Of a stretch of 64,000 nucleotides of DNA, positions 12,856-24,320 are shown piece by piece. Where the stretch lies: NCBI GenBank assembly GCA_013239625.1, contig MU053934.1, positions 713,285-777,284 on the forward strand, read 5' to 3'. Under the pieces are notes generated by a model. It saw only the letters and a list, made by a program, of their open reading frames with translations, was not told the DNA's origin and did no database searches. How positions within the stretch are numbered: the stretch's first letter is position 1; every line of letters begins with the position of its first letter. The position numbers were made by a program, and so were the translations under genes. The DNA comes from Lama guanicoe. Lineage: Eukaryota.

Positions 12856-14811
12856 CAAACTGGAGAAATGGTTGGGCTCCTATTCTGTACTCTGTTCTGT
12901 GGATACCTCCAGTAACTGACCATAAGGGTTGATGTGGAGTTTAGGGATCCCATCTCTGGCCAAAATGCACAGTAGTGTTACTTTTGGACCATTTGTAAGC
13001 TGAATCCAAAGCCTTATTCTTGTAATTTTGTGCTCATTTATATTGGGGTCTACTACTGAGGTACTCAGTAAAACACTTCACATCCTCAGAGAGCATTGAT
13101 TGCCTAATGCGTTGATTAATTGATTTTCTTTTTAAAATCTAACCTTTACTGTGTATCTCTTCTGAGCCAGACACCGGCAACCAATATGGTGATATCTACC
13201 CTCAGGAGCTCCTCCCCTGAGAGGAGGACAAGGGAAGCCCAGTTTTGGGGTTTGAAACACATTCTATTGGGACCAAAGAGGTATTGTTAGAAGCAGTAGT
13301 GCTTGGGTAAAGTTCCCAGGTGGGAGCTAGAAGAATCCAGACACACAGCTGAGGTGGTGGGTGAGGAAACATCCTAGGTGGAGGGAGAAGCATGTGCAGA
13401 GGAAGTGGAGACATGGAGGAGACGGTGTTTTCAGGAAAGCAGAAGCAGCTCAGCAGGGCTCAGGTGCAGCCTGGAAGAGGAAACTGTAATGAGAGACAAG
13501 GTCAGAGAGGCCGGATCATGAAAGGTCTCATGTATGACATAAAGGAGCATAATGGGGAGTCACCAACAGATCAGAATTAGGGAGGATCACTTCCAGTTGT
13601 TGGAGGATGGCTTTGAGATGGAGATGAGTAGGAATGAAGAGACTGTCTTTTCAAGACTGAAATTTTGGACGAGAGCTTGGAAAGAGGGATCTTTATGTCA
13701 GTTCCTGTGTAAGAAGCAGTTTGAGATTTATAGTCAGGACACTAAAACACCGCATGTCAACCATTCTGCTAAGTGCTGTATACGTGGTCTCCAAAAATAT
13801 AGATGGGGTTCTTATCTTTCATTTTTATGTCTAGGGGACTGCTCTGGCTAAATCCTTTCTCATAGACTTTGATTAGACAAAGATGGGACTCCTGAGTTTC
13901 TAGATTTTCCCTTCCATTTCAAATTCAGCTCAGTTGAGTTTTTATCTCCACTGAGTAACTCCACAGGGCAAAGCGTGGTGGTCCCCAAACAACTTTAGCA
14001 ACCCTCTGGCTGGTCCCTGAGTAATGCCTGAGTCTGATGGATTAAGGGTTTACTGAGATCCCAGCCATTAAGCTGCTCTTGTAGGACAATTGGATTATGT
14101 CCTATAATTGGCCCCTGATTGAGACCAGGTCCAGGGCAGGACGGGGTGGGTACGTGTAGGAAGGCAGGGTGAAATGGGAAAGAGAAAGAAGGGATTCCAG
14201 TGCTGGGGGCACGGCTGATGCTCATCAGGAGTGGGGAACAGGTCAGAGCCTGGCAGGCATCCAAGGCACCTCCCTTGCTCCCAGGAATAAGCCCTTCTAC
14301 CTGCTGGGAAGTGTACATTCGCCGGAGAGACTCTGGAGGGGAAGGATGAATCATACCTGTGCATGGGAGCAAGGAACTCTTGTAGATTCTATTGTTAAAG
14401 GAGGCTTTTGTGGTTCACCCGTGTAGACAAAGCCTACTCACCTCACTGCACCAGGGAAAATACCAAGCTTGTGGGAGCTAGCAGGGTGGTCAAGTTCAGT
14501 GAGCTATTGGGTAACAAGCTTAGACTCTGGTCTCCTTGGTGTAATTTAAGAATATTTCTACCACTCCTCTCTTGATGCAAGGATCACTGAGATGGTGGAA
14601 ATGGGACTGGATGATAACTACATTCAATAAATGGTTAGGATGTTTGGTCTTGTTATGAGTCCTAGGCACACAGTGATGAATTCCTGGACCATGCTCAGGT
14701 CTTTGTTCAAATCTCAGATGAGCCCAGAACCCCCACCGGAGTCATGGTTGTATCTGTTCAGTCACTTCCTCGTCATTTCTCCTTGGCCTTTTCACAGTCA
14801 CCTCGAGATCT

Positions 14812-15830
14812 ATGTGGCGATCCAGCCCATGGAATTCATCCCAAATTCCTTCTAGAGTACCCTTCTGTACTATTGAGGTTGGAAAGCAATTATACTTCTC
14901 AGACTCCCTTGGATCTGGATTAAAACCTGGTTCCACCAGTCACATGCACTTGCGTGCGATTTGGAAGGTGCTGGCCGTTGTCTCGCTGCGAGAGCCGGGA
15001 TGTCGGATTTTTCTGCAGCGGGGTTCCAGGTTCCTGGACATGTTGCTGCTGAAGTGGCAGCACAAGAGGCTTTTTGATTGTGTGATCACAATGCCTGTTC
15101 TTGAAATCAGCGTTCCCGGTGTGGCCTTCCTGATTGTGACGGGGACAGAAGCTTCCCCGGTGAGCAGACTCAATTTTAGAGGCTCAGCATGGAACATGTT
15201 CTACTAATCTTTTCAATGATTTTTTAAGTCCTGATGGTAGATTGTTTGCAAAAATGGCCACTATCCCTATTCTTCCCAATATCCAAGCCTCTTTGCAATT
15301 AGACTATATACTACATAGCTTATCTCATTGAGAGATGGAGTCTTTTCCCACTCCTAGAATTTGGGCTGGCCTTGTAACTTGCTTTACTCAACAGAGTGGG
15401 ACAGAGTGACACTGTGCCCTTTCTGAGCCTGCACCTTAAGAGGCCTTGTATACATTTTCCCTTTTGCATCCCCCCCAGCAGCCACATGCAAAGCTCAAGC
15501 TAGCCTGCTAAATGATCATAAATACGTGGTCCAGGTGTCCTCATCACTCTCTGCCAACAGATGCAGAGAGCTTAGCTGATTCGCAACTGACCACAGACAA
15601 GGGTGACCCAGCCAAGACCAGGAGAACCACCCAGCCAAACTCAACCGAAATTGACAGCCCACAGAACCATGAGCGAATTAACGGCTTCTATCATAAGCCA
15701 CAAGATTTGGGGCGGTTTGTTATACAGGGTGAGAGGTAACAGAGAAAACACTTATCTGGGAAAGAAATCCATTACTGCTTCAAAGAGCTAGCGGGGTTTT
15801 TGTTGCCTATGACTGAGCCTTGACTGATGT
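14812..15830 (+). mobile_element. ERVL-type LTR (LTR33-like), split by an MLT1 insertion
   Basis: tgtggcg start, ctcagactcccttg...ggttccaccagtcacatgcac...gatttggaagg; 3' part (gagccttgactgat) resumes after about 15750. Confidence 0.55.
15235..15745 (+). mobile_element. MaLR LTR (MLT1F/G/H-like)
   Basis: tggtagattgtttgcaaaaatggccac...gggctggccttgtaacttgcttt...cccacagaaccatgagc...taagccacaagatttggg. Confidence 0.8.
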
Positions 15831-16358
15831 GCGCTTGAATTCAGCGTTTTCAGAACCAGGCTCATCACATTGCCTGACAGAGCCCTGGGTCTCTTCTGCA
15901 GTTTCCACCTAGTCGTGTGCAAGTCTTTCTTCTCACCATGGTATCAGATTGATCACGGAGATGTGTTGTTTCTGTTTCCATCTGTGTTGCTGCGTCCCCT
16001 GTTTATGACCACCCAGTCCACAGCAGCTTCCTGTCCTGCTCAGATAGCAGTTGCCTCCCTGTTGGTTTTCCCTCTTGTCTGCTTCCCTTCTCTTCTGTAC
16101 AAAGCAGCTGGGCTGAGAGTTGCAAAATGCAAACCCGAGTGTGGGGTACAGAACCGTCCATGAGGTGTTCCTCCAGCCTTGGAAGGCAGCACTCCTACCC
16201 TCTCTCTCCAAGACGCAGAGCCTCTCCCTTTCAGTTTCTAGAGCCGTCTTTTCACCTTTCCAGCTCAAGGCCTTTGCAATGCTGGTCCTTATGCCTGCAA
16301 CAGTTTGCCTGTTTACCTGGCTGCTTCCTACCCAGCCTTCAGAGCTCAGCATGAATGT

Positions 16359-16850
16359 TATATACAAAATAAATAAATACTATGTCTTTACCAAAATATT
16401 ATATATAATATATAATAATTATATAATATAAATATACTTTAATATAATTTTATGATATTAAATATATATAATTTATATAATTATAGGTATTTCATGTAGA
16501 TTTAAAATATATAAATGCATTTATTATATAATATATAGTACATATATTTATATATAAATATATAATACACTTATAATGTTATATATAATATGTAATTATA
16601 CATAGTATAATTATATATATTATATATACATAATATATAATATACATGTATTATATGTACATATAATATACATAATATATAATATACATGTAATATATGT
16701 ATATATAATATATGTACATAATATATATAATGTATTACAATAAATACATGTGTGTATATAAAATATATATATTATAACAAGTTATGTATTTTATATAATA
16801 TCTAACTTACATAAATTCTGTGCTTTATATATGTTAAATATATATATAAT
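16359..16850. repeat. Degenerate (TA)n-rich low-complexity tract
   Basis: About 490 bp almost entirely A/T, with recurrent atatacataatatataatatacatgt units. Confidence 0.95.
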
Positions 16851-17960
16851 ATTCATCATACCACACCTTCTTTATCCTTTCATTCCATATATTCTGATTC
16901 AGTTGGCCTGGGCTCAGATCTGGGCATCTGCGTTTTTAGCAGAATTCCTGGGGAAATCTCCGTGGACCGCACTTGGGGAAAAGGTGTACATGGAGGCTCC
17001 AGAGGCATGGAAGAGGTGTGGAGGGGCCTTATTTCTTCAGTAGGTATTTCTGGTGCACCTGCTACGCCTCTGGGTATGTAGATGTGTAAGTCATGAACCC
17101 AGCCTCCTAGTATCTCATTTTAACTGGGGATTCAAGCTTTTCCTGCAGGAAGTGTTTACGTGGATGGCATAGGACGGAATTTCCTAAGACAAGCTTTCTC
17201 TTACGGATCAGGGATATGTGGGGGTGGGAGAAAACAAAGCTTTTAAGATGTTCATTTCTCACTCGAGAGTTGGGAGAAACTTTGGCTACTGGAGAGAGCA
17301 CTGGCTTAAAGTCTCTGTGGTTTTGTATTTCATCTCCTCTTGAACTAACTCTATAACCTTGGGCAAGTTATTTTACATTTTCTGAGCCTCAGTATCTTCT
17401 CTCATAAAAAAGATAATGATGAAAAGAAAGCAACCCCTATCTGACAGTGCTTTGTGAGTATTAGAAATATTACAGGCGAGCTGCTTAGCCCCGAGCTGGA
17501 GCTCGTAGTGAGTGCTGAAATGGTGAGTGATGTTACTAATCTTAAGCCATCCAGCAGGACATATCTAGTGCTCTTCCTAGTTGTAACTTTGGGCTTCAGC
17601 AGGAGAGCTTCTATGGCCAAGAAAAGGCATCTTGGATTTGCACGTTTGCTCTGTCCTTTATCAGCTCCATGATTTACAGAACTTTCTCTATTTTCTGAAC
17701 TCCAGTTTGTTCATCTCTAAATTGTGAGTAAGACTATGTAAATGAAAAAAAAACTAATTAAAAACGAAACATGCCTTGAATATATCTGGTGTTCAATTAA
17801 TACTTAGTAGCTTCCAGCACTGGGATTAAAGGGGTACTCTTAGATATAAGAAAGCACCCACCCACTGTTTAAGAAAAGGGCTTAGGAATCAAAAGAAATA
17901 GAGAAAACGAATACTGACCAAAGACCATATCTCTGTAAAATTTGGAGAGTTTGGGAACTT

Positions 17961-18561
17961 TGTCAGTTAAAATACAAGATTTCTTTGTTGCAAGAGATGG
18001 AAAATCCAACCGAAACATGCTTGAGAAGAAAAGCAAAAGGAATATTCTAAATAATGAATATCTTATCTAATTGACAAGTTCAGAGTAGGGGTGGTTTCAG
18101 GCATGACTTTATCAAGTGGTCACCAGGATGCAGTCGTGCTGTCTCCACCTCCTGGTGCTGCCTTTCACTGCTGACTCCACTGGCAGCCTCTCTACCAGAG
18201 GTGACAAAACAGCTTCTGGTAGCTCCTAGCCTTCTTCTCGTTCTCTCCTCAACCCAAGCAGAAGGAACATTCATCTTTTCTAAAGGCTTTAGCATAAGAA
18301 CTTGAATTAATGATGATTGGCTTGACTGGGTCATTTGTCCATCTGTGCACCCATTTCCATGAACAGAAGATGAAATTCTGTGATTTGCACAGGACTGGGC
18401 CATGTGCCCACCCCTGAATCTGGCGTGGCTGAGTCTAGCCATAACTCAGATCCCAAGAACTGAAAGTTAGGGGGTGGTGGATCCCCCCCATATGTGAGTG
18501 TTATAATCAGAAGGAGCAATGAATGTTAGATAAATAAATAAAAAGCAACATACTCCACTAT
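17961..18561 (-). mobile_element. MaLR LTR (MLT1K-like)
   Basis: tgtcagtt...ttgttgcaagagatggaaaatccaac...gattggcttgactgggtca...gggccatgtgcccacccctgaa...tccactata. Confidence 0.7.
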
Positions 18562-19758
18562 ATTCATTTCCCTTCTTTTGCTGTTTTTAATTCATCCTCC
18601 TCTATTTCCCGGTCCTGACATCCCAGGAAGGAAAGACTGAGAACTTGTTTTCCACAGTGAAATTTGGGAGCCAGGACTACATCCTAATTTGAAACTAGTC
18701 TTTGCTGGGAGACGAATCTGAGGCATAGAGGTAGCAGTGAAAAGGAATGGGAGGCAGGATTAGTCCCTTGAGGCTTTCAGAGGGGAAAAGGACCCATGGG
18801 AAGTCAGTCTGGGAGAAATTCACTTACTTTAACAGGCTCAGTTCCTGGATGCTGACTGGGCCGCCCAGTTTCTCCCCTCCAAATCCCACTTTCATCAGAA
18901 ACTGCAGCTTATGGGTTAGGGAAGCCTGTGTGATCTGAGTCCTTCCTCTTGCTTGACACCATGGTGCCCCAGGGGTCATCTGATGGAGGGCAACCATCCT
19001 TCTGGTGAGCAGGACTGAGTCCGTTGGGTGGCACATTAAGCTGTGCCCCATGAGGGCCAGGGCTATTAAAATAGACTCCTTCCCCAGGAACTGAGCAAAA
19101 CACATTGACCAGCCTTTACATCAAAGGCAGCAGGAGTGGCCAGATTGCAGCAGCAGCAGCAGCCTCCCTGCACTCAGCATTTTCCTCATAGTAAACAAGA
19201 TCCCTAAATGGCTTTCCTTATCCTTCCTTCATCTGCGTACCCCAGAGATCAGCGGCAGCCCTTGCCAGTCGGTGCATTTGCTCCATCTCTGCTCTCATCC
19301 ATTTTTCTTTTTGTCATGGAAGAAGACTTAACAAAACACTCACATTAATAATTCTGATGCCCTGCAAATAGCCAAATCCCCAAGAGAGCCCCTTAGCCTC
19401 TCTGTCCACATTGCCTCCTCCTCCGCCACCCTCATTGTAACACAACAACATCTTTATACGTTGATGTCAGTCCAGAACGTCGTAATTACTTGTAGCTCTG
19501 TACCGCCTGGCTCCCCAGTTATTAATCATTCCCTACTGAAAACAGTGAAGTGGTTTCTAACTTGGGACTTTTGTTTCCCAAACAATGCTGAGATTTCTTT
19601 AAAGGAGCCATCTCATCAACTTATCAAGGAGCTGGCCCTAATGCAGAGGTCACCTGTAGGTATGACTACGATTATTAGAAATCTGGAATGATTGTGGTCT
19701 TGTGTAACAACTTACAGTTATAGTTTAAGTCCCAAGGGCAAATTTAAACCTTGCAGCC

Positions 19759-19988
19759 CAGTGGTTTTCAACCGGGAATGATGTCTTCTCCCCCAAGAGG
19801 ACATTTGGCCGTATCTGGAGACATTTTTGGTTGTTTCAATTTGGTGGTGGTGGTGGGCTGTTGCTACAGGTATCTGGTGGGTAGAGACCAGGGCTGCTAC
19901 TCAACATTCTACAATGCACAAGACAGGTCCCCACAACAGAGAATTATCCAGCCCCGAATGTCAACAGTGCCAAGGATGAGAAACTCTG
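19759..19988 (+). mobile_element. MER20 hAT-Charlie MITE, full length
   Basis: cagtggttttcaacc...ggacatttggc...ctggagacatttttggttgt...gggtagagaccaggg...aattatccagccc...gagaaactctg. Confidence 0.9.
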
Positions 19989-20039
19989 ATGTAGAGAAGG
20001 GACAGCTATGACTACTCATTAATTGTTTGACTCATTAAT

Positions 20040-20115
20040 TTTATTTTTTTAATTGACATAGTCAATTTACAATGTTGTTTTAATTTCTGGTGTACAGCAT
20101 AGGGTACAGTTATAC

Positions 20116-20147
<32 letters not shown>

Positions 20148-20511
20148 GTTCCTTTTCATATTCTTTTTCATTATAGGTTATTACAAGATACTGAAATAGT
20201 TCCCTGTGCTCTACAGTAGGACCTTGTTGTTTATCTATTTTTTTAACATTTTTTATTGATTTATAATCATTTTACAATGTTGTGTCAAATTCCAGTGTTC
20301 AGCACAATTTTTCAGTCATTCATGGACATATACACACTCATTGTCACATTTTTATCTCTGTGATTTATCATAACATTTTGTATATATTTCCCTGTGCTAT
20401 ACAGTGTAATCTTGTTTATCTATTCTACAATTTTGAATGTATAGTAGTATCTGCAAATCCCAAACTCCCAATTTATCCCTCCCCACCTTCCTTCGCTGCT
20501 GGTAACCATTG
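20040..20511 (-). mobile_element. Cetartiodactyl L1 3' end containing a nested second L1 3' end
   Basis: Outer L1 at 20040-20240 and 20438-20511. TSD-like GTTTGACTCATT (20025-20036) / GTTTGATTCATT (20512-20523). (TA)n at about 20110-20147. Confidence 0.85.
20240..20437 (-). mobile_element. Different-subfamily (probably younger, camelid) L1 3' end
   Basis: Separate T-rich tail, then ttattgatttataatcattttacaatgttgtgtcaaattccagtg...tttccctgtgctatacagtgtaatcttgtttatctattctacaattttgaa. Confidence 0.8.
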
Positions 20512-20519
20512 GTTTGATT

Positions 20520-21000
20520 CATTCATTTATTTAGCACTTGACAATGAAACACCCAGTATGTGTCAGACACCTTTCCACATACCAGGAATTTAATGGTGAC
20601 TCAGGCTGTCTGGATACCTGTTCCACAGAGCTGTTATTCTAGTGGGAGACTCTGACAATAAGTACATCAACAAATAAGATAATTTAGAAGGTGATATATG
20701 CCACCAAAAAAAAAAAAGAGTGATTATGAGATAGAACTCGGGGGCCTTGTTAGATACAGAGATTGTGGAAGGTCTCCCTGAGGAATCAGCATCTGATCTG
20801 AGACCTGAAATGTGAAAGGAAGCCAGCTAGTGAAACTGATGAAGGAAAGTGTTTCAGGCAGAGAGAGTGACAAGTGCAAATGTCCTGAGGCAGGAAATCT
20901 GGGATTGCTTGGGGAAGAGAAGGAAGGCTTTTGTGCCAGGAGCAGAGTGAGTACAAGGGAGAGCAGAAGGGATAAGGGAAGGGAGGCCTGGACTGATGCT
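20520..21000 (-). mobile_element. L2 LINE 3' fragment
   Basis: cattcatttatttagc tail; ttctagtgggagac; gaaggtctccctgagg...ctgagacctgaa; gtgcaaatgtcctgaggcagga. Confidence 0.75.
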
Positions 21001-21002
21001 AA

Positions 21003-21210
21003 AGAGCAAGGTCAACATGGTTGATCTGTGAAGGGCCAGGTAGTACATACCTCAGCTGTGTGGTCCAAACACCCTCTGATGTGACTACTCAGTGCTTGCA
21101 TTGCACTGCAAAAGCAGTCATAGACAATATGCCAATGAGTGAGCATGGCTATGTTCCAATAAACCTTTATTTACAGAATCAGGTGGTGGGCTGCTGTTAG
21201 CTGATCCCTG
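21003..21210 (+). mobile_element. MER58A-like hAT MITE
   Basis: ctgtgaagggccaggtagta...aaagcagtcatagacaatatg...gttccaataaacctttatttaca...gctgatccctg. Confidence 0.85.
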
Positions 21211-21291
21211 GTAGAAGACATTGTAGGGCATGGGGAGGGGTTTGAATGTGAAGTACCCATGGACGATTTCAAGCAGGGGAGTAATGATTCC

Positions 21292-21527
21292 TTTTTTAAA
21301 TTGAAGTATATTTGATTGACAATGTTGTGTTAGTTTCTGATGGGCATGAAATATTACCCAGCCATCAAAAAGAATGAAATCATGCCATTTGCAGCAACGT
21401 GGATGGACCTAGAGATGATCATACTAAGTGAAGTAAGTCAGACAGAGAAAGACAAGTATCATATGACAACACTTACATGTGGACTTGAAAAGAATAATAC
21501 AAATGAATTTATTTACAAAACAGAACA
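21292..21527 (-). mobile_element. 5'-inverted L1 (twin-priming structure)
   Basis: Antisense 3' terminus at 21292-21339 joined to a plus-strand ORF2 end/3' UTR at 21340-21527, which translates as YYPAIKKNEIMPFAATWMDLEMIILSEVSQTEKDKYHM. Confidence 0.85.
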
Positions 21528-22244
21528 GATACTTTTAAATGTGGTTCACAAGAATAATCCTGTCACTGACTTTGTGATCTTAGTCATAACACTTCGCCTC
21601 TCACAGCCAGCAGGTCCTCCTTTGTAGAATTAAGCTGTCCAGGCTCCATCCTCAATTGCTGTGAGCACGGGGCAGCATGAATGCTTGGATGGGACATGGG
21701 GAAGCATAGATTGCAAAGGCGAGGTATTGTGGCTCTCAGAAGTGTTCCATCTGGGGAGGCCCCAAAGCCCTCACGTGTACCTTTGCAGCCTTCTAGTGTG
21801 AGGAATGGCTTTGCTTCAGAGCTGGAGGAGCTTCCTGAAATTCCAGGAGGCAAAATTACTCATCTGCAATCACAGAAGGCATAAGCAGTTGTGTTTGGGC
21901 TCCCGCCCGCCTGTCTGCATGTTTTTCAGCTCAAATATAGACTTAGTGCTCACTGCCTCGTGGGTGCTGCTTCTCCCCTAGGAAGCCTATGAACTTTATT
22001 TTCTTTGCAGAGGAGTCACCTCGCCATGAAAAATAGCCACTTCCTCTGCCTTGCTTCTCCTTGGCAAATGCAGCCTGCAGTCTGGCGGCTCAGTGCCCAG
22101 GGGAGCTGACAGCAAGTTAACAGGGCGGGAACAGGAGGGCAGGAGCTGGGCCCTGGCAGCTGGACAAGTCTGCCAGGAAGAGGCCAGCTCTTGGGAAGTG
22201 GCGGAAGAAATCCTCTCTGCCTGGGAGGCGAGGCAGGGTCAGCG

Positions 22245-22785
22245 CTTCCCTGTTCCTTAGAATAAAGCTCAAAGTCCTCACCATGGCCCAACATAATCTG
22301 ACCCCTCAGGATCTTTCTGCCTCGCCTCTGTCATTCCTCCCCGCCTTGCTTGGTCTGGTCTGGCCACGCAGGTCTTCTTGCTGCTCTCCAAAGCTCCAAG
22401 CACATGCTCTGCTCCAGGCTTTCGCATGAGCTGCTCCTTCTGTTTGGTTACCATTCCTGCAGCTCTTTCTTTGCTTGTTTGGTCAACTTCATCAATGTCA
22501 GATTCTCAAAGTGGCCTCCCCGGGCCAATTTATTTAAAATTATTCCATACCCTGCCCATCACTTTCTGTCCCTTTATTCTGCCTTATTTATTATTTTATA
22601 GCACATCATATTTTCCTACCTGATGTTATGTGTTGATGTGTGTCTCTGTTTAGTTTCTGTCTGCCCCATTTAGAATACAAACTACCTGAAGGCAGAGATC
22701 CATCACTTTTATGGCCGTATCCCTGTCTCCTACTCAGGGTACTACACATGGTAGGAGATAAACACATTTGTGTTGCATGAACGAA
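22245..22785 (+). mobile_element. L2 LINE 3' fragment
   Basis: cttagaataaagctcaaagtcctcaccatggcc...ttagaatacaaactacctgaaggcagagatc...catttgtgttgcatgaa. Confidence 0.75.
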
Positions 22786-22925
22786 GGATCTTCAGCCAGG
22801 ATGGGACAGGTACCAGGTGCTGCCAGGCAGATGGTCTTTAGTGGGCTGGTCTGGTAGGAGTTGAGCTCTATGGTAGGTGGTGGGCACCCAGCAGTACAAG
22901 ATCTGTGCACAGGTAATATGCAGTC

Positions 22926-23300
22926 TGTATTAGAGTCACACTAGCTGCTACAACAAATGAATGTCCATATTTCAGTGACTTAAGACAATCTATATTTCTT
23001 GCTCGTATAACAATCCACTGTGAATTTTCCTATTAATAGGCAGTGGTTATTTAGGAAGTCAGGATCCCGCAGTTTTGTGGTGCTACCATTAGGGCTGTGA
23101 AGTCCTCTGCATCCAGTTGGAGATGGCGGATAAAAGGGTGGGGAAGACATACCCATTTCTCACCCTCCATGGCTTGGGGGAGACTCTGAACACTTCTACT
23201 CTACTCTATTCGGTGAGAACTGATTGCGTGTCCCCATCGGGCTACCAGGAAGGCTGGGGAATAGTGCCTCTCCATGAGTACCTGCTTTCCAACAACCATA
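22926..23300 (-). mobile_element. Old MaLR LTR (MLT1L-like)
   Basis: tgtattagagtcacactagctgctacaacaaa...atttcagtgacttaa...ggaaggctggggaatagtg. Confidence 0.6.
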
Positions 23301-23871
23301 GCTCAATACTAGGAAATACTCTATAATCTAGACCCCAAATGTTGATGGATGTCTAACCATTGCTCTCAGATGATCCTGGCTCTTCCATTTTCTCTACTCT
23401 TTCCTACCCTGACAGCCTTGCCCAGCACTGGTCCCCACATGACCCTTGGACATATTGGTGCTTCCCATCCTACAAACCTTTCCTCTTAACTCCACAGCCT
23501 TTCAAGTTACTGACATGGCCACCTTCTCCCCTTTGCTCTTGCCAAACTTCTTGAATTCTCTCCTGATTTTACTTCTCTCACATATTACTTATTGCTTAGT
23601 TTCCTGAAACTGCTCCAACTCAATGCCATTAGTGACCTTATTGCTAAATCTGATACTCTCTTCTGAGCCTTAATTCCATATGTCTTCTCTGCAAAATTTG
23701 ACACTTCGAAACACATCTTCCTGCCGGGAGCTTGTGCCTTTCTGACTCTGCACGCTCCCAGGTCTTGTCTTACCTCTCTGCCTGCCCTTTCTCAATCACC
23801 ATGCTGTTTTCTGCTCAAGGTTGATGTCACCTGATTTCTGTCCTTGGACCCACCTCTCTCCTCCCTCACCA

Positions 23872-24320
23872 TAATGGTAACAAGTTTCCACAACCTAGGT
23901 GGTTTCAAATAACAGAAATGTATTCCCTCACAGTTCTGGAGGCCAGAAGTCCAAAGTCAAGGTGTCATAGAGTTGGTTCATTCAGGAGGCTCTGAGGGAG
24001 AATCTGTTCCAAGCCTCTCTCCCAGGTGCTGATGACTGGACATCCTTGGCTTGAAAGCTCGTCTGTCTAATCTCTGCCTCCATCTTCATAGTCTTTCCCT
24101 CTGTGTTCTCTCTGTGTCTCAAATCTCCCTCTCCTTTCTGTTACTTTGATAACAGTCACTGGATTTAGGGTCCATTCTAAATCCAGGATGATCTTATTTC
24201 AAGATCCTTAAATTAATTACATCTGCAAGGAAGTTACTTACAAATAAGTTCACATTTGAAGTTCCTAGGGGTTAGGACTTGGACAGATCTTTTGGGGGGG
24301 ACTCGATTCAAACCACTGCA
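23872..24320 (-). mobile_element. MaLR LTR (MLT1B/C-like) inserted in L2
   Basis: cagaaatgtattccctcacagttctggaggccagaagtccaaa...ggatttagggtcc...aatccaggatgatc...attcaaaccactgca. Confidence 0.85.

Noticed and set aside
21340..21627. ORF with a recognisable protein motif
   Set aside because: It is the L1 ORF2 C-terminus within a truncated inverted L1, as is the ORF at 26153-26425. Not a host gene.
21995..22110. Strong-looking splice acceptor tttattttctttgcag with a downstream ATG
   Set aside because: The ATG frame stops early, I see no convincing donor, and the peptide is unrecognisable. It needs RNA-seq evidence.
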